The notes below the pieces were generated by a model, which searched no databases, was not told where the DNA came from, and was given only the letters and a program-made list of their open reading frames with translations. Position numbers and translations under genes: made by a program. From IMG/VR virus record IMGVR_UViG_3300045988_048443: 64,000 nucleotides of DNA, one strand, 5' to 3'. Source of the stretch: a virus. Each line of letters begins with the position of its first letter. Within the stretch, counting starts at the first letter, position 1. Of this stretch, positions 1 to 9,100 are shown piece by piece.

Positions 1-2
1 AT

Positions 3-1427
3 ACTGTTGCTAATGCTATATATTTAGGTATAGCCGATGGAACTGTATTTAATTATTATTCTAATAAAAGAAGTAATGGTACACTTAAATTTCCAGGTAT
101 TACAACCATAACTCCTGATGCTGCAGCTAGAATTGGAGGTAGTGGTGGTGCTTTATATTTAGGCAATGCTAATAATAGTAGTTGGGTATATGTTCAAGAT
201 ATGTGTAGTCAAAGCGGTATGAGTAATTGGAGTATAGAACAAAATGGTACTGCTAGTTTTAAAGCTCTTAATGTAAATAATTCTATTAGTTGCGGTAATA
301 TTACTATTAATAGTGATGCCCGTATTAATGGTAATTTATCAGTTAACGGTTTAATAAATAATAAAGGTATATTACCCACAAATTATGAAGTTAATAATAA
401 AGGAACTAGTTGTTATGTTTCTGCTGATGAGTTATGTTCTGGAATTACTGCTATTACTGATAGTATACAAGTTAATCAAGTAACTGTACAATATTCTAAT
501 GATAATGGTAATAGTTGGACTAATTATCCTATGAGTAATGATGCTAAATTTAATCTATATGCTAGTAATGCAGGTTTAACTCAAGTTTTCTTAGGTTATA
601 ATGTTATCACTGGTAATACTGATGCTGAAAAGTTAGCTCAAATAAAAAAGAACGAATTAATGTTTTCGTTTGATATTCCTAATTCTTGTTATTCTCAAGT
701 ATATTTTGCTTGTGTTGATATAGGAGAAGATGTTGGTGTTACTTGTACTGTAGAATATTTAAATAGTAAAGGTGTTATAGTCAATACTTATATTAAATAT
801 ATGTACGGATGGAATCAGTTTAATTATATAAATCTATCTAATGGTAATACGGCTTATGGTGTAGGAAATGATAATAGAAGATATATTCGTTTTAGATTTA
901 AACATGACCAAAATACTACTGCATTACGAAATGCTTCAATAAATAAAATACGAATATTTGCTTTTACTAAGTATTCATTTCCTACTGATAGATTTATGGG
1001 GCATACAGGTCATATATATAACTTTGATTATAATATGAATACTTACTTCCCTAATAGTATTCTTGCTAAAGGTGGAGTTACAGCTTATCAATCTTCTGAT
1101 GTTCGTCTTAAAACTAACATTGCTAAACTTAATTGTTTAAATGTTATTAAAAGTATTGGAGGTACTTATGAATTTGATTATATTCGTGACCATAAACATA
1201 GTATTGGTTTTATTGCTCAAAATGTAAATAACCCATTACTTAATGATATAGTTGCTAAAGATGATAATGGTTATCTAAAGATTAACTATTGGAATCCTAA
1301 ACTTATTAGTCTTGCTTTTGGTGCTTTAACTGAAATAGATGATGAAGTTGATAAACTTAAAGCTAGAGTTAGAGAATTAGAAACTAAAGTTGAATATCTA
1401 AAAAATAAAGCTTATGCCTTACAATAG
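3..1427 (+). CDS. Tail fibre/spike protein, 5' end outside the window; C-terminal intramolecular-chaperone (peptidase S74-like) auto-cleaving domain
   Basis: The frame of the listed ORF (201..1427) is open with no stop from nt 3, so the gene starts upstream of the window. The last ~110 aa (YQSSDVRLKTNI...IGFIAQNV...KINYWNPKL... plus a terminal coiled coil) match the S-D-x-R-x-K-x-N-I signature and layout of endosialidase/tail-fibre chaperone domains. Confidence 0.7.
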   Translation, partial: TVANAIYLGIADGTVFNYYSNKRSNGTLKFPGITTITPDAAARIGGSGGALYLGNANNSSWVYVQDMCSQSGMSNWSIEQNGTASFKALNVNNSISCGNITINSDARINGNLSVNGLINNKGILPTNYEVNNKGTSCYVSADELCSGITAITDSIQVNQVTVQYSNDNGNSWTNYPMSNDAKFNLYASNAGLTQVFLGYNVITGNTDAEKLAQIKKNELMFSFDIPNSCYSQVYFACVDIGEDVGVTCTVEYLNSKGVIVNTYIKYMYGWNQFNYINLSNGNTAYGVGNDNRRYIRFRFKHDQNTTALRNASINKIRIFAFTKYSFPTDRFMGHTGHIYNFDYNMNTYFPNSILAKGGVTAYQSSDVRLKTNIAKLNCLNVIKSIGGTYEFDYIRDHKHSIGFIAQNVNNPLLNDIVAKDDNGYLKINYWNPKLISLAFGALTEIDDEVDKLKARVRELETKVEYLKNKAYALQ

Positions 1428-2709
1428 TGAAACTGGAATTATTAGTGCTCCTGTTAGCATTGATGATGTAAAACGAGCTCTTGGAGAGGGTAGTAATGAC
1501 CTTGCTACTCTTTGTAAGAGTGAAAATATAAATATATGGAGTAAGTATAAACCTATTAGTTGTAAAGGTGAATTTAAAGAATATCCTATTAGAGAAGACT
1601 CTGAGGAAATAGTAACATCTTCATATAATAAATATACTTGTGTTGTTCGTTGTGGTATGAATATACCTATGGATACTTATAAGAACTTACGTAATAATTA
1701 TGGAGGAGAAGGTTTTGCTATTGAAGCATGTAAAGAACTTTATATTGATAATGTATATGGAGTTAGAGGTATTGATAAAGATGCAAGTACTAATTCGCAT
1801 ACTGTATATGCTTCAGGAAAACATTTTCCAAAAGGTGGTGCTAATTCTCCTTATAGATTAGGTGATTTTAGAAACTATAATAGTAAAGCAATAAGTAATA
1901 TGTTCAAATCTTCTATTCCTACGTTATTTAATGTTGAAGTTTATTATTCTTCAACTCCTAAATTTAATTGTGTTCTATATAAGAATACAAATGTGGATGA
2001 TAATACAAATGTTACTATGGAAGATATAATTACCGATTTGTATTTAGCTTGGTCTTTTTGGATTCAAATTTGTTATGATTCACCATATAATAATACTGAT
2101 AAGATTTATAAAAATTATTATGTTGGTAATTGCGAAAAACCAACAGATTTTATATATGCAAGTAGAGAAATAACTTTTGATGTAGGTAATGATAAAGATG
2201 TTACTATTGTACCTTTTTTAGCATATACTCGTAATGCAACTTTATATGATAATACAAAAATAATTTTTATATCTCCTCCGGGTGCTATTAGTTTTAAATA
2301 TTATCCTAGACAAATTAATATGGAAAGTATTAAAAGTGGTTCTAGTGGTTTTGTTGATTTCTCATCGTTGAGAGAATTAGTTGGTGCTACTTGTATTTGT
2401 AAAGCTAGAATATATAAACTTCCTGATGCTACATTTACAGTTAGTGATGGTACATTTAGAAGTGTTTGTAAGTATGGTAATAATAAGACAACATACGGAA
2501 GAGGTTATGTATCTAATAGCTCTGGTCAAGGTGCAGGCTCTGTAACTATTCCTGAAGGTGATAGAACAGATTATATTGAAGTATATATAAGATTTGATAA
2601 TATTTATGAAGGAGGATATTATGGACAAATGTGTCAATTATCTTTTGAAATTAATATAGATGGTGGATGGAAACAAGTTCCTCCAGGAGGTAGTTATATT
2701 ATGCGTTAA
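1414..2709 (+). CDS. Hypothetical protein of the tail-fibre module
   Basis: 431-aa ORF that overlaps the upstream fibre gene by 14 nt, suggesting translational coupling. Composition is typical of the + strand genes. No recognisable motif. Confidence 0.6.
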   Translation: MPYNSETGIISAPVSIDDVKRALGEGSNDLATLCKSENINIWSKYKPISCKGEFKEYPIREDSEEIVTSSYNKYTCVVRCGMNIPMDTYKNLRNNYGGEGFAIEACKELYIDNVYGVRGIDKDASTNSHTVYASGKHFPKGGANSPYRLGDFRNYNSKAISNMFKSSIPTLFNVEVYYSSTPKFNCVLYKNTNVDDNTNVTMEDIITDLYLAWSFWIQICYDSPYNNTDKIYKNYYVGNCEKPTDFIYASREITFDVGNDKDVTIVPFLAYTRNATLYDNTKIIFISPPGAISFKYYPRQINMESIKSGSSGFVDFSSLRELVGATCICKARIYKLPDATFTVSDGTFRSVCKYGNNKTTYGRGYVSNSSGQGAGSVTIPEGDRTDYIEVYIRFDNIYEGGYYGQMCQLSFEINIDGGWKQVPPGGSYIMR

Positions 2710-2795
2710 GATGTAGATATTCTTAATATAACAAATGTGATAGAAACAATATTAATTTACTTATAAAATAAGTATAACTATTTAATAATACAATT

Positions 2796-3110
2796 ATGGA
2801 AATTAAAGTAACTAAAATTGTAAGTATGACTTCTAATGTAGAAGCTACTGTAAATGAACTTAGTATCAATGCTAATGTTCGAGTTCGTAACAATGATACT
2901 ATCGAAGGTGTAGATAGTGGTAGTGTAAATGATAGTACTGGTAATCAACTAGCTAGCTTTAGTTATTACGGAAGTAATAATCTTAATATTAACTATAATA
3001 ATATTGAGAATGGTAATGTTGCTTCTGTTAGTTATGTCGTTAATGATTTCATTAAAGAATTAGAGAAAAATCCTACTCTTGTAAGTATTGCAAGTACTAG
3101 TGAAATCTAA
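2796..3110 (+). CDS. Small hypothetical virion-module protein
   Basis: 104-aa ORF with an ATG start, S/N/V-rich, followed by a long palindrome. Confidence 0.5.
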   Translation: MEIKVTKIVSMTSNVEATVNELSINANVRVRNNDTIEGVDSGSVNDSTGNQLASFSYYGSNNLNINYNNIENGNVASVSYVVNDFIKELEKNPTLVSIASTSEI

Positions 3111-3120
3111 GCGATTAGTT

Positions 3121-3192
3121 TGCAAATATATTAAAATATATTATTATATATATAACGTAGTTATATAATAATATATTATTAATATATTTGCA
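3121..3192. repeat. 72-bp imperfect AT-rich palindrome (about 30 bp of stem)
   Basis: TGCAAATATATTAA (3121-3134) pairs with TTAATATATTTGCA (3179-3192). AATATATTATTATATA (3135-3150) pairs with 3162-3177, with a 1-nt bulge at 3178. The loop is about 11 nt. Confidence 0.8.
3183..3190 (+). promoter_or_regulatory. Candidate Bacteroidetes-type -7 promoter box (TAnnTTTG)
   Basis: TATATTTG lies 36 nt upstream of the ATG at 3226. The same box occurs on the opposite strand in the left palindrome arm. Confidence 0.3.
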
Positions 3193-3225
3193 CTACAAAT
3201 TAAACATCAAAATAATAAAGCTATT

Positions 3226-3723
3226 ATGATTAAAGTAAAACAAAGTAATGCTGTCAGTGCATATAATGTACTCAAGCAAATTAAGACTAAAGAACTTCCT
3301 GCTGAAGTAGCTATTGCTATTTGGAAGAATGTAAAAGTATTAAAGCCTATTGCAACTTCTTATGAAGAAGCTATTAAAGATTCTAAAGAATCTCTTAAAG
3401 GTAATAATGATGAAGAGATGTCTAAACTTCTTGCTGAACTTCAAAAGAAAGAAACTGATGAAGCTGCTGGTAAATATACTTTTACTCGTACTGATAATGA
3501 GAATCGTGTTAAAGTAACTGAGTATTATTCTAATGCTCAAAATAAACTTAATGCTTTTATTAAAGAACTCGATGATAAAGAAGTAGAAGTAGAACATACT
3601 ACTATTAATGAGGATGATTTAATTAAAGCTCTTATTGGTACTGATTTTAATATTGGTGTTATTGAGTTTATTGATTTCTTATTTGAAGATGCTCCTAAAG
3701 CAGATGATAAAGAAGATAAGTAA
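3226..3723 (+). CDS. Hypothetical acidic protein
   Basis: 165-aa ORF, K/E/D-rich, bracketed by the palindrome upstream and a GC-motif hairpin downstream. Confidence 0.6.
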   Translation: MIKVKQSNAVSAYNVLKQIKTKELPAEVAIAIWKNVKVLKPIATSYEEAIKDSKESLKGNNDEEMSKLLAELQKKETDEAAGKYTFTRTDNENRVKVTEYYSNAQNKLNAFIKELDDKEVEVEHTTINEDDLIKALIGTDFNIGVIEFIDFLFEDAPKADDKEDK

Positions 3724-3733
3724 AACATTAAAC

Positions 3734-3792
3734 CCGCCCCGTAGAAGATGTAATTGGTAGAACTTCTACTAATCATGCCTTTTACGGGGCGG
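3734..3792 (+). repeat. GC-motif inverted pair (CCGCCCCGTAGAAGAT ... TACGGGGCGG) forming a hairpin element
   Basis: CCGCCCCGTA (3734-3743) is the exact reverse complement of TACGGGGCGG (3783-3792). An inner GTAGAAG (3741-3747) / CTTCTAC (3763-3769) stem has a 15-nt loop. The element starts 11 nt after the stop codon at 3721-3723. Confidence 0.8.
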
Positions 3793-3823
3793 CTTTCATA
3801 TTAATAATTCAAATAATACTACT

Positions 3824-4513
3824 ATGGCTTCACTTGCTCAACTTACTAGTGAAATTTTACATGGTGTAGGTCAGCCTAATAATCATACTCTACGTGAAAG
3901 AGTTCGTAATGCTATAATTCATACTCGTAATGAACTTATACGTAGAAGTTATGAAAACCATGCTTATGTTGATAAAATTCATACTCAACGTTTTAAAGTT
4001 TCACTTATCACAGTTAATGATGGTGACGTAGAACTACCTGAAGATTATGAAGGAGTTCCACTTGATAAAATTAAAAGAACTCTAGATAAAGTTCCAAGAC
4101 CTATTAGACTTACTAATAATCTTCCTTTTGATAGAGTTAGTTCTGTAGGTTATAAAACTAATAGAGAGTTTCCTTATATTAAAGAAACTACTGCTAGATT
4201 TAAAGGAAGTGTTCCTGGTCTTTGTGGTGCTATTAGTTACGACTATATTAATGAATATCTTTATTTATTTCCAGCTAGTAAAGATAAAATTGTTCCAGTA
4301 GATGCTATTGTTATAGAATCAGCTTTTGAACATCCTAATCAAATTCTAGATATTAATGGAGACCTTACTGTTGAGAATCATCTTTATGATGACAACGAGT
4401 GGTTACTTAGTGAAGATATGATTGGTCAAATTAAAGAAATAATATATAAAAGGGAACTATTAAACCAACATCAAGAAACAGATGAAGTTCCTAATGCTAT
4501 AAAATATAATTAG
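3824..4513 (+). CDS. Hypothetical virion structural-module protein
   Basis: 229-aa ORF, tightly packed with the following genes. No motif recognised. Confidence 0.6.
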   Translation: MASLAQLTSEILHGVGQPNNHTLRERVRNAIIHTRNELIRRSYENHAYVDKIHTQRFKVSLITVNDGDVELPEDYEGVPLDKIKRTLDKVPRPIRLTNNLPFDRVSSVGYKTNREFPYIKETTARFKGSVPGLCGAISYDYINEYLYLFPASKDKIVPVDAIVIESAFEHPNQILDINGDLTVENHLYDDNEWLLSEDMIGQIKEIIYKRELLNQHQETDEVPNAIKYN

Positions 4514-4516
4514 TGT

Positions 4517-5449
4517 ATGACTGCTGTAAGACTTAATCCAATAAATATGAGTAAGTATCATCAAGATATGAAAGATGCTTTTACTCTAGAACTTGAAAGA
4601 GCTAGACTTTCTTATGATGAACTAGCTAGTAACATAGTTGAAAAACGTTCTAAGATTGTTCCTTATGTTGATAGTTTTGCTCTTCCTGTAATTGACTATC
4701 CAGAGTTTCAACAGAATAAGTATATAAATGGTCGTCTTGAAAACGCTGCAAAAGGTATGTATGAAGATAAACGTAATGACCTTGAACATAAACATCTATG
4801 TTTTAGACTTGTTGCTTATGCTGTTGATTTACGAAAGATGAGTGAGTTAGAACAAAAGATTAAACTTTATGAGAAATGTATTGCTTTAAATTATGCTGAG
4901 TATAGAAAAATAATTGGTATATTTTATAATAAAGTACATGATGTTCTTATTCTTAAAGCTCATGGTTATCGTCTTGAAGGTAAACTAGGTTATATTTGCA
5001 TTAATAGAGTTCTTAATACTGGTTGTAAGATTTGTGATTTTGTTGCAACTAATAAATACAAGAAAGAACTTGAAGCTAAAGGCATTAGAATTTGGAATAG
5101 AGAAGAAGCTGAATTTGCTAAAGCTAATGGCTTAGAATATGATGCAGTTGACCCTAGGATTTATAAATCTGATGAAAGTTGGTATGAACTTGCTCTTTGT
5201 AATTGTACTCTTCATAGAGCTTATGGTTATAAATTAACCATGATTGATTATCGTTCTGTAAAAGTCAGACAATATAATAATGAAGGTTTGATTAAACTTA
5301 CTGGTGGTGATAAAGAAAAGATATGTCATTTACCTGTATCTCTAAAGATTAAACTAACTCTGTGTTTACAAGTAGATAAATTAATGTATACTAAATTTGT
5401 TAGAAATGAAAATCAAACAAAATGTGGATTTGAAACGCATCATTGGTAA
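4517..5449 (+). CDS. Hypothetical virion structural-module protein
   Basis: 310-aa ORF starting 4 nt after the previous stop. Confidence 0.6.
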   Translation: MTAVRLNPINMSKYHQDMKDAFTLELERARLSYDELASNIVEKRSKIVPYVDSFALPVIDYPEFQQNKYINGRLENAAKGMYEDKRNDLEHKHLCFRLVAYAVDLRKMSELEQKIKLYEKCIALNYAEYRKIIGIFYNKVHDVLILKAHGYRLEGKLGYICINRVLNTGCKICDFVATNKYKKELEAKGIRIWNREEAEFAKANGLEYDAVDPRIYKSDESWYELALCNCTLHRAYGYKLTMIDYRSVKVRQYNNEGLIKLTGGDKEKICHLPVSLKIKLTLCLQVDKLMYTKFVRNENQTKCGFETHHW

Positions 5450-6164
5450 AGTTGATAATGACTTTAATCTTAGCGAAAGCGATTGGATTCCTCGTGCTGC
5501 TGCTTGGATAATTGATGCACTTAGTCAAATGAAATGTCTTCCTATGGCTAAGAAAACTAGAAGACTTCAAATAGTTAATCGTATAGGTATATTTCCTTGT
5601 CAGTTAAATGCTATTGATATTAAAGTATTTGATGATTATGGTTGTGAAATAAAACAACTTGAATCTAATAATAGTTGTTGTAATTCAGGATTTGGTTCTA
5701 AAACTAATGTAGAACCTAGTCCTGAAATTGCTGTTATAGATGATACCAATAAAACTGGTCGTAATTTTATGAGAGTTGCAACTATTAGAAGAGCTGATGA
5801 TAGTCGTAACTTTGTAATAACTAATAATGGTCATATTGAACTTAACTTTGATACTGATTGGATAAACGTTCAAAGTTTTGAACCTATGACTTATTATGAT
5901 GATTATTACGATTGTGAAGTTCCAATGGTTTATGATAACGGTATTCTATTAGAAGCTATAAGTTTTTATATTCTATATAAATATCTTAGTCGTGGTAGTC
6001 ATCATCCAGTATATGATTTAAAAAGTAGTAGTCCTATTACTAATCCTTATATTCAATGGAAAGAATTAAAGAGTAAAGCTATTGCTTCTGTTCGTAATGA
6101 TTTATATAATGCTGATGGTTGGAGAAACTTCTTCTACAACTCAACATTTGACCCAAGAAGATAA
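5406..6164 (+). CDS. Hypothetical virion structural-module protein
   Basis: The ORF track starts at a TTG (5397). The first ATG is at 5406 (MKIKQNV...). Either start overlaps the upstream gene by 44-53 nt. Confidence 0.55.
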   Translation: MKIKQNVDLKRIIGKVDNDFNLSESDWIPRAAAWIIDALSQMKCLPMAKKTRRLQIVNRIGIFPCQLNAIDIKVFDDYGCEIKQLESNNSCCNSGFGSKTNVEPSPEIAVIDDTNKTGRNFMRVATIRRADDSRNFVITNNGHIELNFDTDWINVQSFEPMTYYDDYYDCEVPMVYDNGILLEAISFYILYKYLSRGSHHPVYDLKSSSPITNPYIQWKELKSKAIASVRNDLYNADGWRNFFYNSTFDPRR

Positions 6165-6169
6165 TAATT

Positions 6170-9100
6170 ATGAATATAGTAAAAGAACTCAATTTGAATA
6201 AAACTCCAAACGTTGTTCCTAATGGAAGTTTGGTGTTTGCTAAGAACATTAAAGTTAGTCCTGATAATTCGTATATTACGAATGAAGAAGGATTAACTTA
6301 TGCTTTTAGTACTCCAGTTGAAGGTAAGATAGTAGGTATAATTCCTTGTATGAAAGAGATTGTAATACTTAGTTACCTTAAAGCTGGTACCGGTGAACAT
6401 AGTTCTCATATTTATCGTTGTGTAGAAAATGAAGTTACTGGTCTTCTAGACTTAAATGAAGTAGGTAATGCTTGGACTTATAGCGGTGGTAAAATTGTAG
6501 GTACTTATACTTATAATGTAAATGGTGAACTTATTATAGCTATTGGTGAATACGGTATTGTTAAAGTTGAAGAAATTGCTGGTAGAGATGACGATGTTAT
6601 TAATCCTGGTGATGAAGATGATAATGACAATAAAGTAAACGCTCAAAAAATAACTAAAGAGTATATTCCTTTAAAGACTATAAATCTAGATAGAGCTAAT
6701 GCTAGTGATAATCCTGAAGTATATTCTGTTTGCGCTAATATTCCAATAGCTAATATAAGTCTTGAAGAAAGAGTTCCTGGTAATAGTATGCCTAATGGTA
6801 TATATCAATTCTTTATTCGTTATGAAATAGATAAAGATTATTATACTAATTGGATGCCTTTAGGTGGTTCTTATCATGCTCTTAATATAGAGAATAAAAC
6901 TGTAATTAATCATATATATGATGTTACTGGTGGTTCTAATTTAGCTTTAACTCGTTGTGTAGCTGCATACAATAACGATAATAAAGATTGTAACTATAAT
7001 TTTAAGTTTCGTATAAAGTTTGATGATACTTATAATTATAAAGCTTATCAAATAGGTTATATACTTAAACATGAAGAAACTGCTCTAGCTCGTATTTGGC
7101 GTAAGTTTAATACTGATGTTCGTGACTTCATTTTTGATGCTGGTAATTTTGAAGAAACAACAATAGATGAATTAACTGCTAATAGTTTTAATTTATTTAA
7201 TGTTGCTTCTCTTTGTAATTATGAGAATCGTCTTTATATTGCAAACTATGATGAGAGTGATTATAATGTAGACCTTACAAAATATGCTGAAGGTATTAGA
7301 GCAAACATGATTTATGAACCTTGTTCTGATTTAGATTCAGTTAAGATTAATACTATAAATTATGAGACTTATACATTTAGTTGGTCAACTGGTGGTATAA
7401 GTGCTGCTATTGTTGAAATTAAAAAACCTTCTAAAGATGTTATTGTAAATGTTAATGGTCAACGTACAACTTATCATGCTGTAATTAATGCTAGAGATTA
7501 TAACGAACTTAAAAGATATGTATGTTGGGTAACAACTGAAAGTGAGAATATTGCTGATTTTGATAATTGTGCTTTTGGCGGTTATGGTGGTAATCATGTA
7601 ATTCCATGTACCAATGTAGCTTTTGGTATTTATGGTGGAGATAATCCAACATTTGATATTATTACTGTTCCTGTTAAAGGTTATTCTGATAGATTATACA
7701 GCGGTTTAGGTCAAGGTGGTGGAACAAGTCATAAACATACAGGTCTTAAACTTGCAAAAGATGCTAGAGGTTTTTTGCTTCATGGTTATACTCCTGTATG
7801 TTCATATCGTCCTAATAGATTTAGAATGAGTAAAGGTACAAATACTAGAACTTATTCAAATACTATTATGGTAGATAATGCTGTTAGAACTTTAATGCCT
7901 AATAGTGTATATAACTTCTTTATTCATTATGTTCGTAAAGATGGTAGTTATACTAATGGTTATCAATTAAAGAATGATGTTCGTCCTGATGCTATTCTTA
8001 ACTCTGTATCAATGACAGGTAGTAGCTCTGTAGATGTTCAATTGAGTAAATTAACTACGTTAAGCGAAAGAACTAGTAGTGTTTCTTCTGGTAAAGATAG
8101 AGATTTTACTAATTTACTTTCTATTGATGCTCTTAAAGATAAATATGTTTATGAAGTTGTTAGTACTGCTGTTTCTCCTAGTTATTCTGATACTTTAAGA
8201 GGTACTAGTTTTGGTTATTATAAGAATTATAATGGAGACCTTTTATTTAAAACTGGTTCTACTCATAATTTTAATAATACTAATGATAACGTACTTTATA
8301 GGATTAAAGTTGGTTTTACTAATATAAAAATACCTGATGGTTATATAGGTTTCTTCTTTAGTTATGAAAAGCCAGAAACTACAAATAGTTATCAAGCTTA
8401 TTGCATTAAGAAAACAAACACTGGTGCATTATTTAAAGCTAGTGAAGTAGAAACAGGTAAGATTAACTATAATGGTTCTATTTATATTCCTGAATATAAG
8501 ATAACAGATGAAGGTTTTAAACTTCCTACTACAAATCCTGCTTATATAAATAATGCTGGTATTGTAGCTAGTAATGCAGTAGATGACGATGATTTAACTA
8601 ACACTGTAAATACTGCTGGTTCTGATGGTGGTATAGTTCTTTCTCTTAAAGACGGTAAAAGTAAAGTTACTCCTGAAATAGGAGAAGTAGGAAATGTTAT
8701 GATATTCAATCGTAACATATATTGTAAGAAAGATAAACAACTTATTAGTTTTGGTCCTATATGTTTTAAACATTCAGACATTGAAACTTATAGTTATGCT
8801 GATGTTAAAGACGATACTAAGTTCCCTAATAATTATGTTAATGATTACGATTTTAATTATCCTGCTTTTTATGTTAATGATAAAACTTTAGTATATGACC
8901 GTAAGGTATATATATCTGATACTGGTAAAGTATATGATATATCTGAAAGAAATGCTATTGCTAAAGATTGGACATCGTTTGCTAAAGCTTATGCTAGAAT
9001 TGTCAATTATAGTAAGTTTAGTAGAGTTAATACAAATGCTATTTCAATAAAGAAAGAACCTGAGTATCTAGTAGGTGTTTTAGGTAGTGAAGAAGGAGGT

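Noticed and set aside
5397-5449. The 44-53 nt overlap between ORFs 4517-5449 and 5397/5406-6164, considered as a programmed frameshift site
   Set aside because: There is no convincing slippery heptamer or downstream structure. An ordinary overlapping start (ATG at 5406) is sufficient to explain it.
8897-8911. Weak look-alikes of the GC motif: GACCGTAAGGTATAT (8897), GGCGGTAGAAAGAAATG (10940) and CACCCTCGTACAGAGGAT (38313)
   Set aside because: They lack the CCCCGTA core and share only a few flanking bases, so they cannot be told apart from chance. They are not counted as copies.
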